This document shows, piece after piece, positions 10,090-19,482 of a stretch of DNA of 57,766 bases; within the stretch, counting starts at the first letter, position 1, and each line of letters begins with the position of its first letter. Both the position numbers and the translations under genes were made by a program. Source of the DNA: a virus (taxonomy: Duplodnaviria > Caudoviricetes); IMG/VR virus record IMGVR_UViG_3300043399_000632, positions 1-57,766 of that record; one strand, given 5' to 3'. The notes below the pieces were generated by a model. That model was not told where the DNA came from. It made no database searches and saw only the letters and a list, made by a program, of their open reading frames with translations.

Positions 10090-10176
10090 AATGATTTTTC
10101 CTTAAATTGAGTTAAAAATAATGCCACTTCTATATAGCCCACTGACTGTATAGAAATAATTTGTGCGCATATGTTT

Positions 10177-10205
10177 ATTATGCGCGAAGTATTTATGCCT
10201 GTCAA
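10177..10205 (-). promoter_or_regulatory. Sigma70-like promoter with a nested late-type CATAAATA box upstream of gp32
   Basis: TTGACA(10205-10200)-N17-CATAAT(10182-10177); CATAAATA lies inside the spacer. Confidence 0.7.
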
Positions 10206-10230
10206 CAGACTTTTTTGATTTTCTTGCCAT

Positions 10231-10257
10231 AAAAAAAGCTCCTTTCGGAGCTTTTTT
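10231..10257. terminator. Rho-independent terminator (bidirectional shape)
   Basis: AAAAAAAGCTCC-TTTC-GGAGCTTTTTT. Confidence 0.85.
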
Positions 10258-12223
10258 ATCGTTTCAATCCGGACAATTTTCTTATTACGGCCAAATCATC
10301 TAGTGATTCTGAAACATCTTCGGCTGGCATGATGTTTTTATTAAAATCTTTACCACCTTCACCTTGATCTCCGATACCTTCGACTTTCTGTTTGATGTTT
10401 CCAACTAGCTCTTTTAATCTAGCTAATCCATCGTCAGCAACCCCTGCTGACTTTCCATGGCGAGATTCCCACTCACTTGTGAGTTTTTCCATGAAACTCT
10501 GTGCCAGTTGTCTTGCGGATTGTCCAGCTTGATCTCCGAACTTCTCGCTAATTTGCTTCTCAACATCTAGAGCAATGCCCTCCTCGCCACGGAATGGCCC
10601 AACTGTTGGATTATCTTTGTTGTAGAAACTTTTGACAATCTTAGCAACTTCTTTTACTAGCTGAGACTTGACCGATTCCTTTGGCATCATCGTATTTGGG
10701 GGGATCATATCAGTATTCTCTGCAGCTGGTTGCGGAACTTCAGCAGGTGATTGATCAGTAGGTGCTTCAGGCTCCGGAGCAGATTCTGGTTCTTCTTCAT
10801 TGCTCATGCCTAACGCAACTGCCAATTCTGGGTAATGCTGAGATGCCCAAGTTTGAAAAACATCCAAACCATTGGTTTCTGGATCAATCTCAGCGGCATT
10901 TGCCAAGGTAGATTTTAGATCATTGCTAAATTCAGGACTGCTATCGTCCAGCGCCACAGCGCCTGAGAAAAATTCCCATGATGTCTGACCATCGTCACCA
11001 AGTTCTAACTTGCCATCAGGTAATTCAGTTTCAATTGCTGTTTTTAGTGCTTCGATCTGATCATCGGTCAACTTACCTTGTTCAACTGATTCGGCCCACT
11101 GTTCGAAGGCAGCAAATGCTCCTTCTTTTACGTCATTGCACACACACTTGTCTACTGGTTTATCGCAACTATCACAGTGTTCGTCATCTCCTTCACTTAC
11201 GTAATCTTCCAGATTAATAGAGTTTGCTTCTCGCATGATGCTGTGAATCAGCGGGAAGTAAGCAGCAAGTTCTTCTTTGAAATTAGTTTCCGTAAACTTG
11301 CTTTTATAATCTTCCAGTGTAACAGCGTCTAATTCACTTAGCTCGTTGTCTAATGAATTCGATTGATCAAACTCGTTAATCCAAGACTCGTAGTGATGTC
11401 GCTTGCTTAGTAACTCGACTTGATTCTTTAGTTCCTGTAATCTACTAACAGCGCGATCAGTGATTCCAACAGCATCGTCGTGCAGTTGGCTATGTTGAAT
11501 CTTTCTTTGAAACTCTTGTAGTTGAGCAATTTGCTCGCTCATACGCATAATAGCTTTACCAGCTGGATCGTGAGGGACACCGCCATGATCCACATGCTGT
11601 GCCATAGCAAATGCTCCAGCTGGATGGATAAATGGATATTTAAATCTCTCACCATCTCTATTTTGAATAAAAATTGCTTTAATATTTTTACGTTGGCTTC
11701 TGCTACCTGGGTACATCTCGTCAACAGGTTTGTGATGCCTAACAATAACTTCAGTTGCTCCACGCACCGCGCGGCTAGTCTTTCTAGAACTCTTTTGATT
11801 CCAGCGTGATTCATTCATTGTTGTCATAGATTCTTCGTCCTTGGGAGCCTGTTTATTTGCTAGATATTGAAAATCATTGCGATCTAAGTTATTTTTAGCA
11901 ATATCTCGAGTATCAAACCTCAGCAATCTACGCATGGCAAACAACCGCATTTCTCTGAGGAAATTATACCAATACTTTTTGATCGCCTTGTCTTGATCTT
12001 CGGTAATACCTTGACTGTAATAGAGTTTTAGGCTGCCAGGATCATTTACGCTGATGCTGACTCTGCCCAATTTTACACCCTCGTGTACAAAGTCAAAATC
12101 AAAAAACTTGGCTTCTGCAGGGTCGATAGTAACAGCACCAGTCTCGTCACCCATTTCTAGATTTGAGAATCTACTGCGAACTTTATCAAAAATATCTTGG
12201 CTAATTATTTGTATAGGCTTCAT
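10256..12223 (-). CDS. Large acidic hypothetical protein, probably late/virion
   Basis: 655 aa, preceded by a GATAAATA late box, adjacent to terminase. Confidence 0.75.
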   Translation of the reverse strand: MKPIQIISQDIFDKVRSRFSNLEMGDETGAVTIDPAEAKFFDFDFVHEGVKLGRVSISVNDPGSLKLYYSQGITEDQDKAIKKYWYNFLREMRLFAMRRLLRFDTRDIAKNNLDRNDFQYLANKQAPKDEESMTTMNESRWNQKSSRKTSRAVRGATEVIVRHHKPVDEMYPGSRSQRKNIKAIFIQNRDGERFKYPFIHPAGAFAMAQHVDHGGVPHDPAGKAIMRMSEQIAQLQEFQRKIQHSQLHDDAVGITDRAVSRLQELKNQVELLSKRHHYESWINEFDQSNSLDNELSELDAVTLEDYKSKFTETNFKEELAAYFPLIHSIMREANSINLEDYVSEGDDEHCDSCDKPVDKCVCNDVKEGAFAAFEQWAESVEQGKLTDDQIEALKTAIETELPDGKLELGDDGQTSWEFFSGAVALDDSSPEFSNDLKSTLANAAEIDPETNGLDVFQTWASQHYPELAVALGMSNEEEPESAPEPEAPTDQSPAEVPQPAAENTDMIPPNTMMPKESVKSQLVKEVAKIVKSFYNKDNPTVGPFRGEEGIALDVEKQISEKFGDQAGQSARQLAQSFMEKLTSEWESRHGKSAGVADDGLARLKELVGNIKQKVEGIGDQGEGGKDFNKNIMPAEDVSESLDDLAVIRKLSGLKR

Positions 12224-12236
12224 AATTAAATATTTA

Positions 12237-13337
12237 TCAATAATTTTGAATATAAATCGGCATGGGCATCAGCCATTCATCTTCATGCTCTTCTCGCATT
12301 TTATCATAAATTGCAGGATCCCAATCCTGCAACACCACTGTCATTCTAAGAGCGAGTAGAAGACTAGACACTAGATCATCGTGTTGTCCGCCTTTGGCTT
12401 CAAAACTAATACCTTTGGCCACAAATGTTTTTAGTTCAGAGATAAGTGGTTTTGAATTTATCTTTAGACGCTTACTTTCTATGAGGTGTTTGAGTTTAGC
12501 GCATATAGATATTTTAGACGAGTGAGTTGTATTAAACCCCTTTCTAAATCTGCGAACGTGACCCTTTCTAATAGGTTCACTTAAGAACAAACCGGGTATA
12601 GTCTCCTCTCCAATTTCGTTTATACACACTAGCGCCGCTTCGCCTACAGCATTGTTTTCTACACTGAAATAAATGCTGGGTTGGACGTGTTTAGCAGCGC
12701 ATTGATCGCTGATAAATTTACACAAATCTCGCAATATTCGGACTTGTCCCTGAACTGGTGTTAGATTATGGTGCCATTCTGCTACCTGATTAAACGTGGG
12801 TAGCTCGATAATTTGTATTGCTGCGTAGTCTCCGCCAGTTCCCAAACTAGGATCTAATGCCACTACGTATGTGTTATTAGGATTGATTTTCTTAAACCAC
12901 CGAGCTTGTCCCATTTTCATTATGGGTTCGGACCCGACTAGCTCAGACAGTCTGATACTGTTAATTAGTGTTTCGTCGAATACTAGGAATTCACAGTTTG
13001 AACTAACAACGTTATTAGTGTAATATCGATGGCCGTCTTCAACTTCTATTAGGTCGTACACCGGCGCCGATTGCCCTAACAATCTATTAGACACTACTCG
13101 CACTGAACCGGCCGAACTCATTACGAGATCGCCGGGCTTTAGTGATTTTGCTAGTCGATACTCTCTAGGTGAAACAAACAACTTGTGATCTAGTGTACAC
13201 TCTAGCCAGTTGTTGTTTTCAAATTCCAGGTACAGTAGGGGTTTTACACCCATTTCGCTCACACCAGCAAACGGTTTAAATCCCGAGGGTGTTAGAACTT
13301 CGTAGCCTGAATTATTTGGCTTAAAAATCTGTGTCAT
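12237..13337 (-). CDS. Terminase large subunit C-terminal fragment: IntC split-intein half (aa 1-114) fused to the RNase H-like nuclease extein
   Basis: Intein block B (ECTLDH), block F (VYDL), terminal SSN/C. The extein has LDPSLGTGGDY, VENN and HDDLV gp17 nuclease motifs. Confidence 0.92.
   Translation of the reverse strand: MTQIFKPNNSGYEVLTPSGFKPFAGVSEMGVKPLLYLEFENNNWLECTLDHKLFVSPREYRLAKSLKPGDLVMSSAGSVRVVSNRLLGQSAPVYDLIEVEDGHRYYTNNVVSSNCEFLVFDETLINSIRLSELVGSEPIMKMGQARWFKKINPNNTYVVALDPSLGTGGDYAAIQIIELPTFNQVAEWHHNLTPVQGQVRILRDLCKFISDQCAAKHVQPSIYFSVENNAVGEAALVCINEIGEETIPGLFLSEPIRKGHVRRFRKGFNTTHSSKISICAKLKHLIESKRLKINSKPLISELKTFVAKGISFEAKGGQHDDLVSSLLLALRMTVVLQDWDPAIYDKMREEHEDEWLMPMPIYIQNY
12996..13337 (-). 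other. Split intein C-fragment (IntC, 114 aa)
   Basis: MTQIFK...YYTNNVVSSN followed by Cys+1 (CEFL) at 12993-12995. Confidence 0.9.
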
Positions 13338-14325
13338 ATTCTAATATTTTGTAGTTGTTTTTATCTTCGAATAACCATAGCTCGTAGTTGTAACCTTTAG
13401 CAATTACAGATCGGCGTTTTCGCAAATTGTTTTCCAACCTAGAAGCGTATTTAACATCGCCATTTCCATCCCACCACCAACGACTTTTTACTTCGATAAT
13501 TCTATTTTCTGATGGGATGTATATGTCGGGGTAATACTTTAAATGATGACGCCGTGTGTCTACATATGCGAATATAGGTAATTGATACGCGGAATCGAAA
13601 TCATGTATTAGTAAATCGGACTCCGTGTATATAGTTAACAGTTTATCAATTACCAGATTTTCAAATCCTTTAATATGTAAAACTTTACCAGAAGGTAACG
13701 TGTATTCTCGACCTTTGGCATTTCCTTGACGACTGCGTTTTATAACATCCGGCTGAAGAAATGTGTTTTCTACTCCAAATCTTTCTAAATTTGTAGTCCG
13801 GCGTTTTTCATTGATCACGTTTTGCTCTTCGGCAGTTTTTGATCTGTTTTTCTCAGCAGATTTTTTGCTGTTGTTGTAATATTCGTTGCCGTACTTGTCA
13901 ATTTTAGTTTTCCTGGCAATGTCCTTATATTGGGCAGATTGTGTAACCCATTCAACACCGTACTTTTTCAAAAAAGTCTGTTTGGTAAGCTCGGTTTGTT
14001 TATCAATTTGTTCCTGTGTTTTTAACGAGGCTGCTAGTTTTTTTGCCCGCGAGTCGTTGGCTTTCTGTTCATCAGTCCAATTGGCTTTAGTGTTACTCAC
14101 AGTTTTACCTACACATTTGGGATTCCCGCAACTATTAGCATACGACTCTGATTTTTGATAAAAAGTTAAAGGCTTTCCGCAATCGCACAGAGGGGCGTAT
14201 CCAGTTACATATGTTTCGTAGTAACTTTGGTATGTCAAATTATTTTGCCTCAGGTGTCTAGAAAACTGTCCGTTGGTTTTACAGTACTTGGCATTATCGA
14301 TCTTTGATGTTATATATGTAGTCAT
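13321..14325 (-). mobile_element. Free-standing putative homing endonuclease inside the fractured terminase locus
   Basis: N-terminal Cys cluster, KxTxxxKYGxE-type repeats, C-terminal PD-(D/E)xK motif YYPDIYIPSENRIIEVKS. Confidence 0.75.
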
Positions 14326-14337
14326 AATACTGGTATA

Positions 14338-15255
14338 TTAACACATCTTGAAAAACTCGCCTATCGAAATATCAAATATTCTACCATTGACATCGCGTAA
14401 TGTTATAACCGTTGTTTGCGCGCAACATTCATGCTCCCTTCGAAATCTTTCTTCCCCAATTCTGCTTCGCTCAGTATTTGCCCACTCTTCATCACGTTCC
14501 GGGTGTTCACTCCAATGCGCCTTAAAAGGAAAGAATCCGTTTCGCCCAACATCTTGTTCATTTCCAAATTCGTCAAACCTGTGATTTGCTTCTTTCCAAA
14601 TTTGAGCAAACTGGTCTTCGTCGCTATTCGGCGTACTGGTGATAATTGCTTTACCACCAGTTGCTAGTGTTGGCGAAATTGAGGTCCAGAATTCACTCGC
14701 TATATTGGGCGGTACGAACGCAAATTCGTCGGCATATAATAACGACAGACTCATACCACGACCAGTAGTTTCTGTGGTAGTTTGTGCTACAATTCTAGAA
14801 CCATTTTCAAACTCTAAACTCTGCTTGTTGTAGCTAACTACCCCAGCACGAATATGATTCGGGCATGATTCATAGGCATATCTAATTCTGCTCATAATTT
14901 CCTGAGCACCAGTGTGCTTGTGCGCAGCAACAAGGATAGTGCTATCTGGAACAAACATTGCGTACCAGAGCAAGTATCCAGCAGCAGTTGTAGTCTTGCC
15001 AGTCTGTCGAGGCAACAAATTTATGTTGAAACGATGAAAGTGATAGCTGTCTACTAACCGTTTTTGATAATCAAACGGTTGGTATCTCAATCTACCGCGA
15101 ACTGGATGTTGTATATAGAAAAAGTTGTCTAAAAAATAATGAGGGCCTGTGTTTGGATCACTACATGCCAGTAGTTCTTGTATGTCTTGTTCAGTATACT
15201 TCTGTGTGCTGTGAGCAACTTTTACAAGTTTATTGTCGATATTTTTGCTTCCCAT
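14338..15255 (-). CDS. Terminase large subunit N-terminal fragment (ATPase) fused to a 29-aa IntN
   Basis: PRQTGKTT Walker A, GRG, YADEFAF Walker B, TSTPN; ends RREHE|CCAQTTV...FFKMC. Start reassigned to ATG 15255, 5 nt after the GATAAATA box. Confidence 0.92.
   Translation of the reverse strand: MGSKNIDNKLVKVAHSTQKYTEQDIQELLACSDPNTGPHYFLDNFFYIQHPVRGRLRYQPFDYQKRLVDSYHFHRFNINLLPRQTGKTTTAAGYLLWYAMFVPDSTILVAAHKHTGAQEIMSRIRYAYESCPNHIRAGVVSYNKQSLEFENGSRIVAQTTTETTGRGMSLSLLYADEFAFVPPNIASEFWTSISPTLATGGKAIITSTPNSDEDQFAQIWKEANHRFDEFGNEQDVGRNGFFPFKAHWSEHPERDEEWANTERSRIGEERFRREHECCAQTTVITLRDVNGRIFDISIGEFFKMC
14341..14427 (-). other. Split intein N-fragment (IntN, 29 aa)
   Basis: CCAQTTVITLRDVNGRIFDISIGEFFKMC: block A pattern C-x4-T-x-I followed by a short I-x-E-F helix, then stop. 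Confidence 0.85.
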
Positions 15256-15270
15256 ATGAATATTTATCAT

Positions 15271-15296
15271 AAAAAATGGCCCATGCGGGCCATTTT
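15271..15296 (-). terminator. Rho-independent terminator just upstream of the terminase late promoter
   Basis: AAAAAATGGCCC-ATGC-GGGCCATTTT. Confidence 0.8.
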
Positions 15297-15315
15297 AGAA
15301 GTCACTTAGACTGGC

Positions 15316-16344
15316 TTATTTTTTGGGGGGTTTCCCGACATAGTACGTGCCGTCTTTGTCCTGCCAAGTGCGTTTCTTTTCAGCAGCATTGCGCGCTTTC
15401 CTAGCAGCACTCGAGTGTTGAGCATCTCGAGACTTTGCTCGTTCTGCCGCGCTAGGGGCTTTGGCTGCTGCGGCTTTGTTGTCTTCGTAACCTTCCTCTA
15501 CGCTAGACTCGCTCACATAAGTGTCTTGAACAGACACATGCTTATCTGGGTACTTTTTGGAAACTGCTGCTGCTACGCGCTGGGCTTCGGCTTTGTCGCT
15601 AAAAGTTTTCCATTTTTTACCGTCAATAAACACAGCTGGGGTCCACTTACCTACTGGTTTTTTGTAGCCTGATCCCCAATGTTCGTCATCTTCGCGATCT
15701 CGGCGTCCGCCTACTCCGCGAAAGCCGCGAGTTTCGTCCATTTCATTGTCAACACTTTCAACTACAAAATTTTGATAATCAGCATATAACTGTTGTTCCA
15801 TCTGCTCCATTGTGGGGACGGCTATTGGATGATTCTGTAGCCCTCTACCTTTTGCAGCACCTGGAGAATTTGGGTGATAAGCTAGCTTCTCGGAATCATA
15901 CGCTGGAATATCTGATGAATCCTCCGGTGAATTATCATAGCACTCTTCGGTTTCCTCTTCATCATCTCCCGAAATATCCAATCCGTCATCATCGCTATGA
16001 AGTTTATCAATCACCGCTCTCATACTGTCAGCGGGGGTGCTGTCGATATCAGGAACGCTCACTACGGGTTCTGTTGATAGAACTTCAGAATCATCACTGG
16101 TGGAAGAATTCATGCCGGCTAGCTGCATGATATCCTTTAGCATTCCGCTCAATTCTTCGCCATCATTAGCAGTGATGTGAATACTGGCTGGACTATGTGC
16201 TTGCGGGGCTGATTCAGGCATACCCATCATCCCGCATTCCTCAACTGGTGCGCTTTCTGAGATGGTTGCGGGTTTTGATTGTTGTACGTTTGGATTTGCG
16301 GCATCTAGCTCTGCCAAGCGTTTCATAACGTCGATCATCTGCAT
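15316..16344 (-). CDS. Hypothetical acidic late protein (possible head/internal protein)
   Basis: 342 aa, low complexity, in the late operon. Confidence 0.65.
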   Translation of the reverse strand: MQMIDVMKRLAELDAANPNVQQSKPATISESAPVEECGMMGMPESAPQAHSPASIHITANDGEELSGMLKDIMQLAGMNSSTSDDSEVLSTEPVVSVPDIDSTPADSMRAVIDKLHSDDDGLDISGDDEEETEECYDNSPEDSSDIPAYDSEKLAYHPNSPGAAKGRGLQNHPIAVPTMEQMEQQLYADYQNFVVESVDNEMDETRGFRGVGGRRDREDDEHWGSGYKKPVGKWTPAVFIDGKKWKTFSDKAEAQRVAAAVSKKYPDKHVSVQDTYVSESSVEEGYEDNKAAAAKAPSAAERAKSRDAQHSSAARKARNAAEKKRTWQDKDGTYYVGKPPKK

Positions 16345-16345
16345 G

Positions 16346-16963
16346 TTATTTCCTTGTTTCTTGTGCCTGCTTAACAGGGCTTACTGTATTTTGAGGGAAA
16401 TCGTTTGTTGTTTTTCCCGGTTCACGCAGGATGTCGTCAGATTTGGCTTCTGGAATCACTTCGCCACGTGCTGCTCTCTGCATCTTTAGCAGATCATTAA
16501 GTTCTTTAACAAAACCAGTGTTATACTTGTCACCATAATAGTCTTCAAATTTAGCGTTTCCAGCTTCTTTGTATTCGGGATCATTCAATAGTGCTCCTTC
16601 TCTGGATTCTTGAGGAGTTTGATATTCCTCACCAGGTTCACCGGGTCTACGAATTACTAAATGGCTTTTATTCACTTTTAGTTCGGTAGACAAATACTCA
16701 GTTAGTTCAAACGTCGTTGTTGGGTAATCCAACGTCACTTCATAAATATGGACTTCGCAGTTTTTGACTTGTGGGAAATCTAATGGTAGAGCTTGGATTG
16801 GCGTCTTATGTTTTTTAAAATTAGCTGTAGAATTGTCAGTGAGGAATTTTCCAAGAGCACATTTTAACGCAGACTCTTGTTCATTGGTGACATCACCAGC
16901 AATTTTAATTTTAAAATCGTATTGCTTTTTGCTTTCTGAAAGGTACTCTTTGTAGTTCTTCAT
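16346..16963 (-). CDS. Hypothetical late protein
   Basis: 205 aa; AATAAATA box 7 nt upstream. Confidence 0.7.
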   Translation of the reverse strand: MKNYKEYLSESKKQYDFKIKIAGDVTNEQESALKCALGKFLTDNSTANFKKHKTPIQALPLDFPQVKNCEVHIYEVTLDYPTTTFELTEYLSTELKVNKSHLVIRRPGEPGEEYQTPQESREGALLNDPEYKEAGNAKFEDYYGDKYNTGFVKELNDLLKMQRAARGEVIPEAKSDDILREPGKTTNDFPQNTVSPVKQAQETRK

Positions 16964-16969
16964 GATGTA

Positions 16970-17452
16970 TTATTTATTCATATTTCTGAGTTTTTCCAGG
17001 ATGCTGTTTCTATCAGTAAGAATGAACCCCTCACCATCTACCGGAGCATCAGCTTGTGGGGCTGATTTCTTTTCTATTGCCAGCTTTTTTAGCTGAAGAT
17101 CGACCATTTTTAGTTTTTTATCAATCTTATTAGTCTTTGCTGTAATTGCCGCAGTTAGCATCTGTGCCGCAACTTCAAACATCCTTGCTCCGTATCTGGG
17201 ATCTACATTCATACCAAGATCCAACAAATCATCATAGGCCTTTTCTGCCTTATTGGCTAGAGAATCTAATTCCGCATCGCTCATATCACCCAAGCCCTTT
17301 ACTCTGGGCAGTGCGGCAGATATTTTATCAAATTCTTCTAGTCGGTCTTCTAAGTCAATTACTGGGACAATGGGTGTTGTTTGTGCAGCCGGATCTAGGT
17401 ATGGTTCGTTATTTTCAGGCAGGTTTAGTAGTTCTTCAAGTTTTCGAGTCAT
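16970..17452 (-). CDS. Probable terminase small subunit (gp16-like)
   Basis: ARMFEVAAQML...KLKMVDLQLKK coiled segment resembles TerS of T4-like phages; near TerL. Confidence 0.5.
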   Translation of the reverse strand: MTRKLEELLNLPENNEPYLDPAAQTTPIVPVIDLEDRLEEFDKISAALPRVKGLGDMSDAELDSLANKAEKAYDDLLDLGMNVDPRYGARMFEVAAQMLTAAITAKTNKIDKKLKMVDLQLKKLAIEKKSAPQADAPVDGEGFILTDRNSILEKLRNMNK

Positions 17453-17473
17453 TGTTCAGTCTCCTTATTATAC

Positions 17474-17917
17474 TTATTTTCTAGATGATCCACTTGTAAA
17501 GATATCGCTTTCATTAATTACTCGAAACCTCATTCCTCGATTTTTACAAAATTCATTTGCAGCAGCCCACTTGGCTTGATTCTTGACATACTGTGCTTGG
17601 TCGTAGGGATTTTTTCCAACTTTCTCTAAAATTTGCTGCTTTGCTGGCTTAATTTCAATAATCTCAACATGCGTTCTCTGATTGCGATCCACATACTTGA
17701 TTAAGAAATCCGGTACATAAACTGTTTGTTTGCCTGTCAAGGGATCTCTATAAGGTATTCTTAATGGTTCGCTAGCCCATTCTTGAATACTGGGGTTGTT
17801 ATCACAAAATCTCATAAACACCTCTTCCCAACCACTACGGTATATAGGCTGCTTCGCGCTTATGTATTTTTCGGGATTTCGTATCTTATACGCTCCTTTA
17901 GAGAACTTCAAGCTCAT
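17474..17917 (-). CDS. Head completion nuclease (T4 gp4-like, TnsA-type)
   Basis: NPEKY..YRSGWE..FCD.NP....WASE..IPY....YVPDF...IEIKP..NQAKWAAA. Confidence 0.88.
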   Translation of the reverse strand: MSLKFSKGAYKIRNPEKYISAKQPIYRSGWEEVFMRFCDNNPSIQEWASEPLRIPYRDPLTGKQTVYVPDFLIKYVDRNQRTHVEIIEIKPAKQQILEKVGKNPYDQAQYVKNQAKWAAANEFCKNRGMRFRVINESDIFTSGSSRK

Positions 17918-18285
17918 GCTAGTATATTCCTGTTGACCTCGCTAGCTGGATTAAACTGCCTAGCGTACCCCAAAAAACTACTTTTAAATCTGTTGTAGTT
18001 TAGTATTTCAGACACTAGGGCAGATATTTCCAAATTATCCATACCTTTTAGAGTATCTAAAATGGTCATAGGATTGTAACCGTCCTGTTTGGCTTGTTTT
18101 ATGATAATAACAGCTATGGATTCTGCGGAGGTAGGCTGAAAGTCTCTACTTTCAAAAAACCCCTTCATTGCGTTTAGTACATTTACTTCTAGTTCTAAAG
18201 GTTTTGTATATAACGAATCATATGCTTGTACAATTTCGTTAGTAACCCGTGAACTTGGTAAATTGCTTAGTTGTTGTTTTGCCAT
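17914..18285 (-). CDS. Hypothetical protein
   Basis: 123-aa ORF in the tail/head operon. Confidence 0.7.
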   Translation of the reverse strand: MAKQQLSNLPSSRVTNEIVQAYDSLYTKPLELEVNVLNAMKGFFESRDFQPTSAESIAVIIIKQAKQDGYNPMTILDTLKGMDNLEISALVSEILNYNRFKSSFLGYARQFNPASEVNRNILA

Positions 18286-18290
18286 AATTA

Positions 18291-19424
18291 TTATTTGATT
18301 GTCTTAACTTGCGTTGCTTGAGTTGTTCCATTTACACTAGTGTTGCTGCCTGAAAACAAGTTTACACCTATACCTCGCTGATTAATTCCAGATTGAACTG
18401 CTGCTCCGACTCCTCCAGGTTGATTCGCATTGGCTTGAACGTCACCTAACACTCCTGTTAGTATGCTATACCCTTCTTGTTTGAGCCCCGCTTTACTTAT
18501 CTGTCTTGCGTTCCTTGCAACATTTGCTCCAAGTATAGCGGCTCCTAAAATGTTCCCCTGTCCAAGAGCACCTAAGACTGCATTCGCACCGGATATCACA
18601 CCACCTGGACCAAGTACCGTATTTGTCCCATTGCCGGCAACACTTAAGGGACTTGGACTAGCATCATAATAAGTCGCAGCGAACCCTTCAGGACTCGCTT
18701 TGGTAATTTGCCCCTCCCGATAACGTACCGTCTCGTATTGGAATGTCATTTTATTTGTAAGAATTTTGCCGCCGTCTGCTTGATCTAAACTATCATGATT
18801 CCAATCGGTAATTAACGGATTAACTAGTGTGTACTGTGTAAATCTCTGTTGATGTAACACATAGATATCTACAGATTCGAGAAAAGGTGCTGTCTGTGAT
18901 GAATTTAGTCCATACGCATAGTTATTGGTGCTATATTTTGTATTTGTAAATTCAACTGGCTGGGCATTACGAGCTCTTCCATTTGGCGCTATACCGTGGG
19001 TACTATCGGCATAGTAGTATTGAAAATATGCCTTCCAAAAGTCTCGAGTTATATTGCTATTATCGTCATGTAGCTCTAGAGAAATGGGATTATATTTTAT
19101 ACTGTTTTGAACAATCGATTTCCTATTATATTGATTAATCGTGTCTGCACTAATCGAAAATCTAGGTAAATCAATTCTTTTTACTAAAAATCCTATATCT
19201 CTTTTCCCAGATTCCACCCATTGTGGATTGCTGTTGTAAATAGCAGGTAGCGCATTATCGTTAATATTGAAAGCAACAAAATACAAAAACCCCAGCTTTG
19301 GTGCTCTTGCGTAGTTATTTTGAACGTATACGCGATTGGCGTGCTGAAAATCTTTCATAATCGGACCAGTTCCGAAAACACCGGATACTACACCACCTAA
19401 GAAATTTGTAAAAGCGTTAGACAT
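18291..19424 (-). CDS. Tail-tube-fold baseplate/tube initiator protein (gp48/gp54-like)
   Basis: VKRIDLP...NQYNRK...YNPISLELHDD...LVNPLIT tube-like pattern; next to the tail tube gene. Confidence 0.6.
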   Translation of the reverse strand: MSNAFTNFLGGVVSGVFGTGPIMKDFQHANRVYVQNNYARAPKLGFLYFVAFNINDNALPAIYNSNPQWVESGKRDIGFLVKRIDLPRFSISADTINQYNRKSIVQNSIKYNPISLELHDDNSNITRDFWKAYFQYYYADSTHGIAPNGRARNAQPVEFTNTKYSTNNYAYGLNSSQTAPFLESVDIYVLHQQRFTQYTLVNPLITDWNHDSLDQADGGKILTNKMTFQYETVRYREGQITKASPEGFAATYYDASPSPLSVAGNGTNTVLGPGGVISGANAVLGALGQGNILGAAILGANVARNARQISKAGLKQEGYSILTGVLGDVQANANQPGGVGAAVQSGINQRGIGVNLFSGSNTSVNGTTQATQVKTIK

Positions 19425-19440
19425 ACAAATATTTATGCAT

Positions 19441-19468
19441 AAAAAAACCCGGCAGTTGCCGGGTTTTT
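19441..19468 (-). terminator. Rho-independent terminator after the tail tube gene
   Basis: AAAAAAACCCGGCA-GT-TGCCGGGTTTTT. Confidence 0.85.
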
Positions 19469-19482
19469 AAACAGTAATGATA

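Noticed and set aside
13321-14337. Group I intron interrupting terL
   Set aside because: Only 12 nt of non-coding sequence flank the endonuclease ORF, leaving no room for a ribozyme core; intein motifs explain the split
15256-15270. ORF-track N-terminal extensions (terL MINIH, gp13 MINKS, gp14 MANKYTT)
   Set aside because: These extensions translate the TAAATA promoter boxes themselves; the downstream ATGs fit better
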